Below are positions 36,231 through 45,197 of a stretch of DNA of 64,000 bases, one piece after another. The stretch is from Mycobacteriales bacterium (GTDB lineage: Bacteria > Actinomycetota > Actinomycetes > BP-191): contig JBKJUS010000012.1 of the NCBI GenBank assembly GCA_046590575.1, positions 24,222 to 88,221 on the forward strand. The letters are read 5' to 3'. The notes under the pieces were generated by a model, which did no database searches, was not told the DNA's origin, and was given only the letters and a program-made list of their open reading frames with translations. A program made the position numbers and the translations under genes. Numbering within the stretch: position 1 is the first letter of the stretch; the number at the start of each line of letters is the position of its first letter.

Positions 36231-37927
36231 CGCTCGGACGATCGCCCAGGATCACCGCCCGCGAGGTCACCGCATACGTCGTCGGAGGGCTGCTGCTTGC
36301 CGTCGTCATGACCTGGCCACTGGCTCTGCATCTCGACGAGCGCATCCCGCAGGACATCGTGGACCCGCTCAACCAGGCGTGGCAGCTGGCCTGGGGCGGG
36401 CACGCGCTGCGCACGTCGCCGCTGTCGTTGTGGCAGGCCAATACCTTCTTCCCAGTGTCGGACAGCCTGGCCTTCAGCGACAGTCTGCTCGGCTACGCCC
36501 CGATCGGCGTGCTCCTCGCCCGCGGCACAAGTGGGGCACTCACGGCGTACAACGTGGCCTTTCTCACGGCGTACGCGATGTGCTTTGTGGGTGCCACGCT
36601 GCTCGCTCGCGAGCTGGGGGCGCGGTCGTCGGCGGCAGTCGTCGCAGGTGTCGCTTTCGCGTACGCGCCGTGGCGGATGACCCACAACGGACATCTGAAC
36701 ATCCTGTCGATCGGCGGTGTCGCCCTCTCGGTCTTCCTGCTGCTGCGCGGCTACCGGCGGGCCAGCGCCCGCCTGATCGTCGGCGGCTGGGCGGCCGCAG
36801 CGTGGCAGCTCAGCATCGGCTTCGCTATGGGCCTCTTCTTCGCGTATCTGCTGATGCTTCTCGGGCTCCTAGCTGTCGTGTGGTGGCTGCGCGCCGGACG
36901 CCCGGCGCTTGGCCGAACCACGGTCGCTGGATCGGCTGCCGGCCTGCTGCTCTTCCTGCTCGCTGCCGGTCTGCTCGCCCGGCCGTATCTGCGTATCACC
37001 GAGCGCTATCCCGAAGCTCAGCGCACGATCTCCAGCGTCGACTTCTTTTCCCCGCCGCCACGCTCGCTGCTCGCCGCTCCCGGCGAAGGTCGGGTGTGGG
37101 GCGGGCGCACCAAGTCGATTCGCGACGAGCTGCCGTTCTCGCCCGAGCAGGCGCTGTTCCCGGGGTTGCTTGTCGTCGCGCTCGCCGCCGCCGGCCTCGG
37201 CACCACGCGGGTGTCCCGCTCGTGGCGGGCCGGGCTTGCTGCGGGCATCGTGGTGTCGACACTGCTCGCGTTGGGTACCCGGGTTGGCCTGACCCGGCCG
37301 TTCTACGTCTTCCTCTTCAACCACGCGCCGGGCTGGAACGCTGTCCGCACGCCGGGGCGGATCATCGCCTTTGCCTCACTCGGCCTCGCCCTGCTGGCTG
37401 CGCTGGGGGCTCACGCCGTGCAAGACCTGCTGCTCGCGCGCGACCTCGGCCGTCGGGCTCAAGGAGGCGGATCCGCACGGCGGGGCGCCACCCTCGCTGC
37501 GGGTGTTGGGGCCCTTCTGGCCGCGATCGTCTTCGCCGAGGGCATGCCCCTCCTGCCGCAGCCAGAAGTGCCGAAGCGACCGGGCGCCCTCGACACCGTT
37601 GCCGAAGCGCGGGTGCACCTGCCGACCGACTTCTTTCACGACACGGCGTACATGTTCTTCTCGACCGAGGACTTCACACCGATCTCCAACGGCAGCACAT
37701 CCTTCGTCCCGCCGCGACTGGAACGGCTAAGGCAGGACCTGGTCGCCTTCCCCGACGCGGCGTCTGTCGCGAGCCTGCGGGAGCTCGGGCTGCGTGCCGT
37801 CGTACTGCACCTCGACCGCGCGCCCGGAACGCCGTGGCAGGACACCGCCAACCGCCCCATCGATGGCCTCCCGCTGACCCGCGAGATCCTCGGTGACGTT
37901 GTCGTCTACCGCCTGACGGAGTCGTGA
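36227..37927 (+). CDS. Polytopic GT-C-type membrane glycosyltransferase
   Basis: DPLNQAWQLAW, SLAFSDSLLGY; many TM helices; GTGA overlap with the GT2 gene. Confidence 0.72.
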   Translation: MTLGRSPRITAREVTAYVVGGLLLAVVMTWPLALHLDERIPQDIVDPLNQAWQLAWGGHALRTSPLSLWQANTFFPVSDSLAFSDSLLGYAPIGVLLARGTSGALTAYNVAFLTAYAMCFVGATLLARELGARSSAAVVAGVAFAYAPWRMTHNGHLNILSIGGVALSVFLLLRGYRRASARLIVGGWAAAAWQLSIGFAMGLFFAYLLMLLGLLAVVWWLRAGRPALGRTTVAGSAAGLLLFLLAAGLLARPYLRITERYPEAQRTISSVDFFSPPPRSLLAAPGEGRVWGGRTKSIRDELPFSPEQALFPGLLVVALAAAGLGTTRVSRSWRAGLAAGIVVSTLLALGTRVGLTRPFYVFLFNHAPGWNAVRTPGRIIAFASLGLALLAALGAHAVQDLLLARDLGRRAQGGGSARRGATLAAGVGALLAAIVFAEGMPLLPQPEVPKRPGALDTVAEARVHLPTDFFHDTAYMFFSTEDFTPISNGSTSFVPPRLERLRQDLVAFPDAASVASLRELGLRAVVLHLDRAPGTPWQDTANRPIDGLPLTREILGDVVVYRLTES

Positions 37928-37931
37928 ACGC

Positions 37932-39503
37932 TCACAAGGGGGCCGGGTCGGCGCGACGACGAGGCACGACGGTAGAACCGGTCCGAACCCGCTTACCCGG
38001 CTCGGGCACCTCGCGACCGCGCGGATCGGGTGCTCCGTCGAGCACGCCGCCGGCCGGGTCGTCGACACCACCCTCGCGTACGACGTCGTGCGCAGGACGC
38101 AGGATCTCTCGGACGACAAGGCCCATCAACACCAGCAACGCGATGTCGCGAGCAGCGATCGCGACAAGGAACGCGTCGACCGGCAGCCCACGTTCTGCTT
38201 TGGAGAACTGCACGAACATGTAGAAGCGGGTGAACATCACACCGAGCTCCAGCACCTGCCAGGTGAGGAACGCTCCCCACCGTGGTCGGGCCATCACGGC
38301 GAGCGGGATGAGCCAGATGGTGTACTGCGGCGAGTTGACCTTGTTGGTGAGAAGGAACGCAGCGAGAGTCAGGAAGAGCACCTGGCCCAGCCGCGGTCGC
38401 CGAGGTGCCCGCCAGATCAGCACACCGATCGCGACCAGGCTGAGCAGGAACGTCGCAGCCACGAGGCGGTTGAGCGTGAAGGTGTCACCGCCGCTGCTGT
38501 TGACGGGGAAGGTCCACGACCGGTTGCCGGTGATGTCGCGCATCACCTCCTGGGCCATGAACCACAGCGAGTCCCAGTCTGCGCCGCGCTCGGAGTTGAG
38601 GACGAAGAAGCGGCCGACGGAGTTACGCGGCTCATCGCTGTCGCCAAAAATCGGTAGCGACTTTCCGGGATCGCCGTAGACGAAGTCTCCAGCCACCTGG
38701 TAGACGATGACGTTGAGCGCGGCGTAGACCGCCAGCGCGGCGCCGACGCACTTCGCCCAAGCATTCAGTCGATGCGCCCGCAGGCACAGCACGAGGAGCG
38801 GCACGAAGAAGATCGCCGGGTACAGCTTGGTCGCCACTGCCAGCCCGAGCAGCAGCCCGGACACGGTAGGTCGGCCACGGGCCCACTGCCAAAGTCCGAG
38901 ACCGGCGAGTGCTGCTGCCGGCAGGTCCCAGTTGGTGGTGCCGTGCAGGAGCAGCCCGGGCGCAAGAGCAACGAGTGCGGCGTCCCAGCGCCGTCTTCGG
39001 CCGGCGAGTGCGACACTCGTGCCGGTCATCACCAGCGCTGAGACGAGCAGCAGCACCGACGTTCGGTCGTAGAACTCGGTCGCGCTGTCCGCCGTGAAGG
39101 TGGCCAACTCCATGATCCCGCCGATCAGCACGGGGTACTCGACCGGATGATCGACGTAGGGCGTCTTGCCGTCGCTCAGGCCCTCGGCGAACCACAGGGC
39201 GTGCACGTCGGTGTAGCAGAGACGGGTGTAGGCGTGCCGGTTGCCTTCGCCGTAGTTACCCGAGTGGCAGGGCAGCTTCTGCAGCCAGCCGAGCCCAAAG
39301 GTCAGCATCGTCAGCGCCAGCAGCACGCGCAGCGGGGTCCAGAACGAATGCGCACCGACGCGGGCATGGGCACCGACCGGCCCGCCAATGATCGTGCTCG
39401 CCTGCCGCGCGACCGGATCGACCTGCGACGGGATGACAGGGGCGCCGAACCCTGCAGCGGCCGGCACGGGGGAGGCGGCCTCAGCGGGAGCAGTCACGGA
39501 CAT
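37932..39503 (-). CDS. GT87 (DUF2029) membrane glycosyltransferase
   Basis: CYTDV, EYPVL, NWDL, KLYP, NKVNSPQY; conserved position downstream of ponA. Confidence 0.9.
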   Translation of the reverse strand: MSVTAPAEAASPVPAAAGFGAPVIPSQVDPVARQASTIIGGPVGAHARVGAHSFWTPLRVLLALTMLTFGLGWLQKLPCHSGNYGEGNRHAYTRLCYTDVHALWFAEGLSDGKTPYVDHPVEYPVLIGGIMELATFTADSATEFYDRTSVLLLVSALVMTGTSVALAGRRRRWDAALVALAPGLLLHGTTNWDLPAAALAGLGLWQWARGRPTVSGLLLGLAVATKLYPAIFFVPLLVLCLRAHRLNAWAKCVGAALAVYAALNVIVYQVAGDFVYGDPGKSLPIFGDSDEPRNSVGRFFVLNSERGADWDSLWFMAQEVMRDITGNRSWTFPVNSSGGDTFTLNRLVAATFLLSLVAIGVLIWRAPRRPRLGQVLFLTLAAFLLTNKVNSPQYTIWLIPLAVMARPRWGAFLTWQVLELGVMFTRFYMFVQFSKAERGLPVDAFLVAIAARDIALLVLMGLVVREILRPAHDVVREGGVDDPAGGVLDGAPDPRGREVPEPGKRVRTGSTVVPRRRADPAPL

Positions 39504-39568
39504 GCCGTGCATCGTGCCCGAGAGCCGTCGGCGATGCGAGCGAGGCACACGTCGGCCGCGTCGGACGT

Positions 39569-41803
39569 CTAGGGCTCAGCCGAGGGACTCGCGGGCCCCT
39601 GCTGCCCGGCGGGTGACTGTGACGCGCTCGGCGGCGGGTCGCTCGGCGGCGGGTCGCTCGGCGGGCCGGTGGGTGGGGGCTGGCTGGGCGAGGGCTCGAA
39701 GGACGGTTCGACGACAATCACCGAAGGGGTCGGCTCGATGCTGGGCAGCGCGGGGGAGGTCTGGCTAGCCAGCGGATCGGCCGACGGCGAAAGCCTCGGG
39801 GCCGGTGAGGCCGAGGAGTTCTCGGTCTTGCCTACGTATTTCGGCGGCGGGAATGGCATGACCGGCTTGCCCTGCAGTGCCTCGTCCATGAAGCGCTTGA
39901 AGATCGCCGCAGGAAAGCTGCCGCCGGTGACGTCGCGGCCGAGGATGTTCTTCAATTGCTTCTCGTTCGGCTTGTCGAAGCCCATCCACACCGCCGTCGA
40001 CAGCTGCGGCGTGAAGCCGACGAACCAGGCGTCCGCGTTGTTCTGCGTGGTACCGGTTTTGCCGGCTGCGGGGCGTCCGTCGAGCTTGGCCTTGGTCGCC
40101 GTGCCCTTCTCGACGACCTGCTGCATAGCGAACGTGACGTCGGCGGCAATGTCCGGAGCGAGAGCGGTGGCGTCGACGTCCTTCTCGGCCTTGAAGATGA
40201 CTTTGCCATCACGGTCGACCACCCGCTGGATGAGGTACGGCGTCGCTGCGGTGCCGTTGGCGGCGAAGGTCGAGAAGGCGACGGCTTGGTCGAGGACGTG
40301 CACCTCGCTCTCCCCGAGCCCGATGCCGCCCTCAGCGCGCAGCTTGACCGGCTGCTGCAAACCCTCGCTCGACTCGTCTGCATCCGGCACACCGACCCGG
40401 TGCGCGACGTCGATGACCTTTCGGGGACCGGCATCGAGCGCCAGCCGGAAGTAGACGGTGTTGACCGACTTGGCGGTCGCCTCGATCAGATCGATGCGGC
40501 CGAAGGAGTCGTTGCTGTCGCCGTAGTTGCTGACCGGGCGCTCGCGGCCGGGGAAGTCCTGCGGCGACTTGCCGTCGTAAACGCTGCGCAGCCCGATGCC
40601 CTCCTCGATAGCGGCGGCGAGCACGACGGGCTTGAAGCTCGATCCCGGCTGTCGTGGATTGTCGGTGGCATCGTTGATGAATCGCTTGGTGTAGTCGCGT
40701 CCGCCGTACATCGCCTTGATCGCACCAGACCCCGGCTCGACCGAGACGAGCGCCGACAACAGGTCCTCGGGCACCTTCCCCCGGGGCAGGATCTCGTCCA
40801 TCGCCTTGGTGGCGGCGGCCTGCGCCTTGGGGTCGATCGTCGTCGTCACCCGGAGGCCGGCGTAGCTGACCTCCTCGGGGCTGAGCCCAATCGCTGCAAG
40901 CTCCGTTTCGACGGCCTTGAGGACGTGTCCCCTGGGTCCGGAGAGGCGCCCGGCTGTCTTGCCGGCGCCAGGCTGACGGATGTCGGGGTACTTCGCCGTC
41001 GTTGAGGTGCCCTCAGGCAGCCAGCCCTCTTCCTCCATGTTCACGAGCACAGCAGTCCAGCGCTTCCTCGCCAGCTCGGGCCGACGCGCCGGGTCGCCAC
41101 CCTCTGGCGAGCGGATGAGGGTGGCGAGGACCGCCGCCTGCTCCACCGTCAGAGCTTTGCTCGGCACACCGAAGAAGGTCTTGGCGGCTGCCTCGATGCC
41201 GTAGGCACCTCGACCGAAGTAGATCGTGTTCAGGTAGCTCTCGAGGATCTCGTCCTTGCTGAGCCGGCGCTCGAGCTTGATCGAGACCATGACCTCCTTG
41301 AGCTTGCGCGACAAGGATCGCTCACGGCTGAGCTTGAACTTCGTCTTCGTGTACTGCTGAGTGATCGTCGACCCGCCCTGCGAGACGCCGCCGCCCTTCA
41401 CATTGCGGAAGAGCGCCCGGAAGATGCCCGTCGGCGACACCCCGTTGTGGCCGTAGAAGCCTTCGTCCTCGGCGGCCAGCACGGCTTGGCGCACCGGCTC
41501 GGGCAAGCTCTCGAGCGGAACGTCGGTGCGGTTCTCCTCCCCCTGGATCCGACCGAGCTCACTGCCGTCGCTGTGCAGCACCAGGACCGACTGCTCATCC
41601 GGCGTCGCGTTGGGCACGGTGGTCGTGGCGTAGAGCACGCCGAGGAAGAACACCAGGAGGGCAAACCCGAAGAGCGGGGTGAACAAGATCAACCGCCGTC
41701 CCCGCGGGGTGAGCTGACGCCATCCGCGCGTCAGCCGGTTACCGGTGGAGGCAGCCTGCGGTCGGCCGGCGGGCGGATTGCTGCGAGGGGGGTGTGTCGC
41801 CAT
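39569..41803 (-). CDS. ponA: Class A penicillin-binding protein (transglycosylase/transpeptidase)
   Basis: AAEDEGFY.H.G, GGSTITQQ, RKLKE, YLN.IYFG; SSFK, SVN, KTG; Pro-rich tail. Confidence 0.95.
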   Translation of the reverse strand: MATHPPRSNPPAGRPQAASTGNRLTRGWRQLTPRGRRLILFTPLFGFALLVFFLGVLYATTTVPNATPDEQSVLVLHSDGSELGRIQGEENRTDVPLESLPEPVRQAVLAAEDEGFYGHNGVSPTGIFRALFRNVKGGGVSQGGSTITQQYTKTKFKLSRERSLSRKLKEVMVSIKLERRLSKDEILESYLNTIYFGRGAYGIEAAAKTFFGVPSKALTVEQAAVLATLIRSPEGGDPARRPELARKRWTAVLVNMEEEGWLPEGTSTTAKYPDIRQPGAGKTAGRLSGPRGHVLKAVETELAAIGLSPEEVSYAGLRVTTTIDPKAQAAATKAMDEILPRGKVPEDLLSALVSVEPGSGAIKAMYGGRDYTKRFINDATDNPRQPGSSFKPVVLAAAIEEGIGLRSVYDGKSPQDFPGRERPVSNYGDSNDSFGRIDLIEATAKSVNTVYFRLALDAGPRKVIDVAHRVGVPDADESSEGLQQPVKLRAEGGIGLGESEVHVLDQAVAFSTFAANGTAATPYLIQRVVDRDGKVIFKAEKDVDATALAPDIAADVTFAMQQVVEKGTATKAKLDGRPAAGKTGTTQNNADAWFVGFTPQLSTAVWMGFDKPNEKQLKNILGRDVTGGSFPAAIFKRFMDEALQGKPVMPFPPPKYVGKTENSSASPAPRLSPSADPLASQTSPALPSIEPTPSVIVVEPSFEPSPSQPPPTGPPSDPPPSDPPPSASQSPAGQQGPASPSAEP
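39625..39664. repeat. 15-bp tandem repeat (about 2.7 copies) encoding PPPSD in the PonA tail
   Basis: cgctcggcggcgggt twice plus a partial copy. Confidence 0.85.
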
Positions 41804-41882
41804 GGTGGGCACATAGTGCCCCGGCGGACACCCTTCGAACCAACCAGATGCCGCGCCGAGCCACTGGTCGTACCCTCGTGCG

Positions 41883-42299
41883 GTGCGCACGCAGCGGTCG
41901 GTCATCGACTACTCGTTGGCGAAGCGTGCGGCGCTCGCCGACCTCTTCGCCGGCCGGCTCGCGCCGGCCGAGGTCTGCGACGCGCACCCGTACCTTCAGC
42001 GGGCCGCGAAGTATCACGGGGAGCCGACCAACAAGGCCTGCCCGGTGTGCAAGGGCCAGGACCCGCTCACCCACGTGACCTACGTCTACGGCGACGCGCT
42101 GAAGGAGGGCTCCGGGCGGGTGCGCACCACGGACGAACTGCGGGCCATGGCCGACGAGTACGACGAGTTCACCGTCTACGTCGTCGAGATCTGCCGCCGA
42201 TGCGGGTGGAACCACCTCGACACCAGCTTCCTCCTCGGCCGGGCCGGCCTCCCAGCGGCCAGGCGTACCGCGTACCGCGCCGGCGCGGAGCCGCGGTGA
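41883..42299 (+). CDS. DUF5318 family protein
   Basis: DYSLAKRA, CDAHPYL, CPVC...YVVEICRRCGWNHL; conserved position between ponA and padR. Confidence 0.88.
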   Translation: MRTQRSVIDYSLAKRAALADLFAGRLAPAEVCDAHPYLQRAAKYHGEPTNKACPVCKGQDPLTHVTYVYGDALKEGSGRVRTTDELRAMADEYDEFTVYVVEICRRCGWNHLDTSFLLGRAGLPAARRTAYRAGAEPR

Positions 42300-42320
42300 C
42301 ACGCCGAAGACACCTCCGGC

Positions 42321-42389
42321 TTGACTGACGTTCACCTTCCTGCCTATCGTTCCGATGTATCGCGCCGATACATCTGCTGGATGTATCGG
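42321..42389 (+). promoter_or_regulatory. SigA-type promoter and overlapping palindromic operator of padR-ino1
   Basis: TTGACT-18-TATCGT; GATGTATCG-cgc-CGATACATC (42354-42374) overlapping CCGATACATC-tgctg-GATGTATCGG (42365-42389). Confidence 0.75.
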
Positions 42390-42422
42390 GGTGCCGCAGC
42401 CCAGGACAGGAGGTGACGCAGC

Positions 42423-42998
42423 ATGGTGCTCGAGTTCGCCATTCTCGGCCTCCTGCACGAGTCCCCTCTACACGGCTACGAACTCAAGAAGCGGCTCGAC
42501 GCGGTCCTGGGACGGATGCGGGCGTTCTCCTACGGCTCGCTCTACCCCTGCCTCACCAAGCTCGAGCAGGCCGGCTACATCTCCCGCGACGCCAGCGGGG
42601 GCACGGGCCGGCGCAGCAAAGTCGTCTACGAGCTCACGGCCGAGGGCAAGGAGCACTTCCAGTCCCTCGCCAACGAGGCCGGGCCCTCCCAGTGGGAGGA
42701 CGAGGCGTTCGGCGTCCACTTCGCGTTCTTCTCGCACACCGACGCGGAGACTCGGATGCGGATTCTCGAAGGGCGGCGCTCACGGCTCGAGGAGCAGCGT
42801 GAGGGACTGCGTGCTCGGCTCACCCGAGCCCGCGAGGCACTTGACGCCTACACCCTTGCCCTACAGAACCACGGTCTCGAATCGGTCGACCGCGAGGTCC
42901 GCTGGCTTAACGAGCTCATCGCCGTCGAGCGCACAGGTGGTCTCGACATCGCGGCTCCCGCCGACCGCAGCACGCACGACCCCAACACCGTCCGCTAA
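42423..42998 (+). CDS. PadR-family regulator of ino1 (Rv0047c-like)
   Basis: LHGYELKKRL, SYGSLYP, wHTH; directly upstream of ino1. Confidence 0.92.
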   Translation: MVLEFAILGLLHESPLHGYELKKRLDAVLGRMRAFSYGSLYPCLTKLEQAGYISRDASGGTGRRSKVVYELTAEGKEHFQSLANEAGPSQWEDEAFGVHFAFFSHTDAETRMRILEGRRSRLEEQREGLRARLTRAREALDAYTLALQNHGLESVDREVRWLNELIAVERTGGLDIAAPADRSTHDPNTVR

Positions 42999-43025
42999 CA
43001 CACCACGTTCACCAAGGAGATCAGC

Positions 43026-44111
43026 ATGGGCTCGGACAGCACCCGTCAGGTGCGAGTCGCCATCGTCGGCGTCGGCAACTGCGCGTCCTCGCTCGTTCAG
43101 GGCGTGGAGTACTACCGCGAGGCCGACCCGTCGCAGCAGGTCCCCGGCCTGATGAACGTGATGGTGGGCGGCTACCACGTTAGTGACATCGAATTCGTCG
43201 CGGCGTTCGACGTCGACGCAAAGAAGGTCGGTCGTGACCTCTCCGAGGCGATCGTTGCCAGCGAGAACAACACCATCCACCTCGCCGACGTGCCGCCACT
43301 GGGTGTGACCGTGCAGCGCGGGCATACCCTCGACGGTCTCGGCAAGTACTACCGCGAGATGGTCGACGAGTCCGACGACACCCCCGTCGACGTCGTCGCC
43401 ACGCTCCGCGAGAGCCAGGCGGACGTCCTGGTCTGCTATCTACCGGTTGGCTCCGAGGACGCGGCACGCTTCTACGCCCAGGCCGCGATCGACGCGGGCG
43501 TCGGCTTCGTCAACTGTCTCCCGGTCTTCATCGCCGGCACCCCCGCATGGGCCGAGAAGTTCCGCGCGGCCGGCGTGCCGATCGTCGGCGATGACATCAA
43601 GAGCCAGGTCGGCGCGACCATCACGCACCGAGTGCTCGCCAAGCTCTTCGAGGACCGCGGCGTCATCCTCGACCGCACGATGCAGCTCAACGTCGGCGGC
43701 AACATGGACTTCATGAACATGCTCGAGCGGGAGCGCCTGGAGTCGAAGAAGATCTCCAAGACGCAAGCCGTGACCAGCCAGCTCAGCCACGACCTCGGCA
43801 AGGGCAACGTGCACATCGGCCCGTCCGACTACGTGAGCTGGCTAGACGACCGCAAGTGGGCCTACGTACGGCTCGAGGGTCGTGCCTTCGGTGACGTACC
43901 CCTCAACCTGGAGTACAAGCTTGAGGTGTGGGACAGCCCCAACTCCGCCGGCGTGGTCATCGACGCGCTGCGCTGCTGCAAGATTGCCAAGGATCGCGGC
44001 GTCGGTGGTCCACTCCTCGGCCCGTCCAGCTACTTCATGAAGTCGCCGCCGGAGCAGTACCGCGACGACATCTGCCGCCAGCTCACCGACGACTTCATCG
44101 CCGGCCGCTAG
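43026..44111 (+). CDS. ino1: myo-inositol-1-phosphate synthase
   Basis: [37 protein letters not shown]. Confidence 0.97.
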   Translation: MGSDSTRQVRVAIVGVGNCASSLVQGVEYYREADPSQQVPGLMNVMVGGYHVSDIEFVAAFDVDAKKVGRDLSEAIVASENNTIHLADVPPLGVTVQRGHTLDGLGKYYREMVDESDDTPVDVVATLRESQADVLVCYLPVGSEDAARFYAQAAIDAGVGFVNCLPVFIAGTPAWAEKFRAAGVPIVGDDIKSQVGATITHRVLAKLFEDRGVILDRTMQLNVGGNMDFMNMLERERLESKKISKTQAVTSQLSHDLGKGNVHIGPSDYVSWLDDRKWAYVRLEGRAFGDVPLNLEYKLEVWDSPNSAGVVIDALRCCKIAKDRGVGGPLLGPSSYFMKSPPEQYRDDICRQLTDDFIAGR

Positions 44112-44133
44112 GCGACTCCGCACGCATCGCAAC

Positions 44134-44177
44134 TGACGAAGGCTCGGTCTCCGCAAGAGGGGACCGAGCCTTCGTCA
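44134..44177. terminator. Strong hairpin terminator after ino1
   Basis: tgacgaaggctcggtc...gaccgagccttcgtca. Confidence 0.85.
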
Positions 44178-44212
44178 TGCGTCGGGTCATTCACTCTCGA
44201 TCGGCGCCCGCG

Positions 44213-44566
44213 CTAGGAGCGCAGCGCGCAGCACGAGCACGTACAGGGATCCGGAACGATCCGACCCCGCTGGACCTTGCGCAGGATCTCGTCAAGGACC
44301 TCTCGAGAGGGCACGTGGCTGCCGTGGCAGGTGACACAGCGCCCGTGCGGCAGCGGCTGGTCCGCATCCTGCTCGAAACGCCACACCCGCTCACCCCGTC
44401 GGCCCGGCTCGACCGGCGTGGGGCCCAGGTCGGCTTCCCCGAGGTCGACCAGCGACTCCAGCGGAACCGGTACCGGCTGCGGAACGTGGATAGCGACGAC
44501 CTCCGGCCCGGCTCGATCTCTGCTGGCTCGATCTCAGGGACCATCTACCAGGGCCAGTGCCCACAT
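44213..44566 (-). pseudogene. Cryptic Cys-rich reading frame (CVTCH, CTCSCC) with an early in-frame TGA at 44534-44536
   Basis: Manual translation; mostly G/C third positions; 11-bp direct repeat ggctcgatctc next to the TGA. Confidence 0.45.
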
Positions 44567-44604
44567 TCCCGTCCGACTAACGTTCCGGCGTAACCCTGTC
44601 ACCG

Positions 44605-45033
44605 TCAGGTCAGGGCAGTGCGACTGCTGGTCTTGCCGGGCTGTCGCCCACCTGCCGTACGGCGCTTCTGGGTCGGGACGGCCACGGTGATCTCGTCGTA
44701 CCGCTGGTAGACGGCATGAGGTGTGTCGCTGCCTGGGGGCACCATGAAGTGGTCAACCGCCTGCAACGTTCGCAACCTGCCATCCCGTCCGGTGGTCATC
44801 ACCGGGTCAGGCTTCCCGTCCGACACCTCCGCCGGGGCCTGCGCCCCGGCGCGAATGTTGAACACGTCCTCGGCCTGTCGCGTGGCCGCCAGCACCCGGC
44901 CCTCGAGGTCATGCAGCACGGCAATCCCGTGCCACAGACGCGTGTCGTAGGGCAGGAGCGCTTCCCAGAGTCGGTCCTGAACCGTTCCGTCGGCGGGGCT
45001 GATCGTGGCGGGTTCGCGGACGCGTCGCTTCAT
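44605..45033 (-). CDS. Hypothetical protein (possibly PAS-like fold)
   Basis: 142 aa with GC-rich third positions; GIAVLHDLEGRVLAA resembles a PAS N-terminal strand. Confidence 0.55.
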   Translation of the reverse strand: MKRRVREPATISPADGTVQDRLWEALLPYDTRLWHGIAVLHDLEGRVLAATRQAEDVFNIRAGAQAPAEVSDGKPDPVMTTGRDGRLRTLQAVDHFMVPPGSDTPHAVYQRYDEITVAVPTQKRRTAGGRQPGKTSSRTALT

Positions 45034-45197
45034 GTCGCTAGCCTGCTAGGCGTTGCGCGGCCGCACCATGGCCCGTCTTGGCCATTTTTGTCCCCACCTC
45101 GCGTGGGTGCTGGTCCCGGTCAGCGTGAGGCGACCGGTAACGTCGCCTCACGCGAAGGGTCGCCAGAGGGCGACTTCGATCCGATGAAGGCGGCGAC

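Noticed and set aside
3134-44536. Genome-wide TGA reassignment suggested by three in-frame TGAs (3134, 17121, 44534)
   Set aside because: Many conserved genes here end at TGA at the expected position (for example dnaB and pdhA), and Trp is encoded by TGG.
44191-44544. 117-aa ORF from the track
   Set aside because: Ser/Arg-rich off-frame composition; the overlapping Cys-rich frame looks more coding-like.
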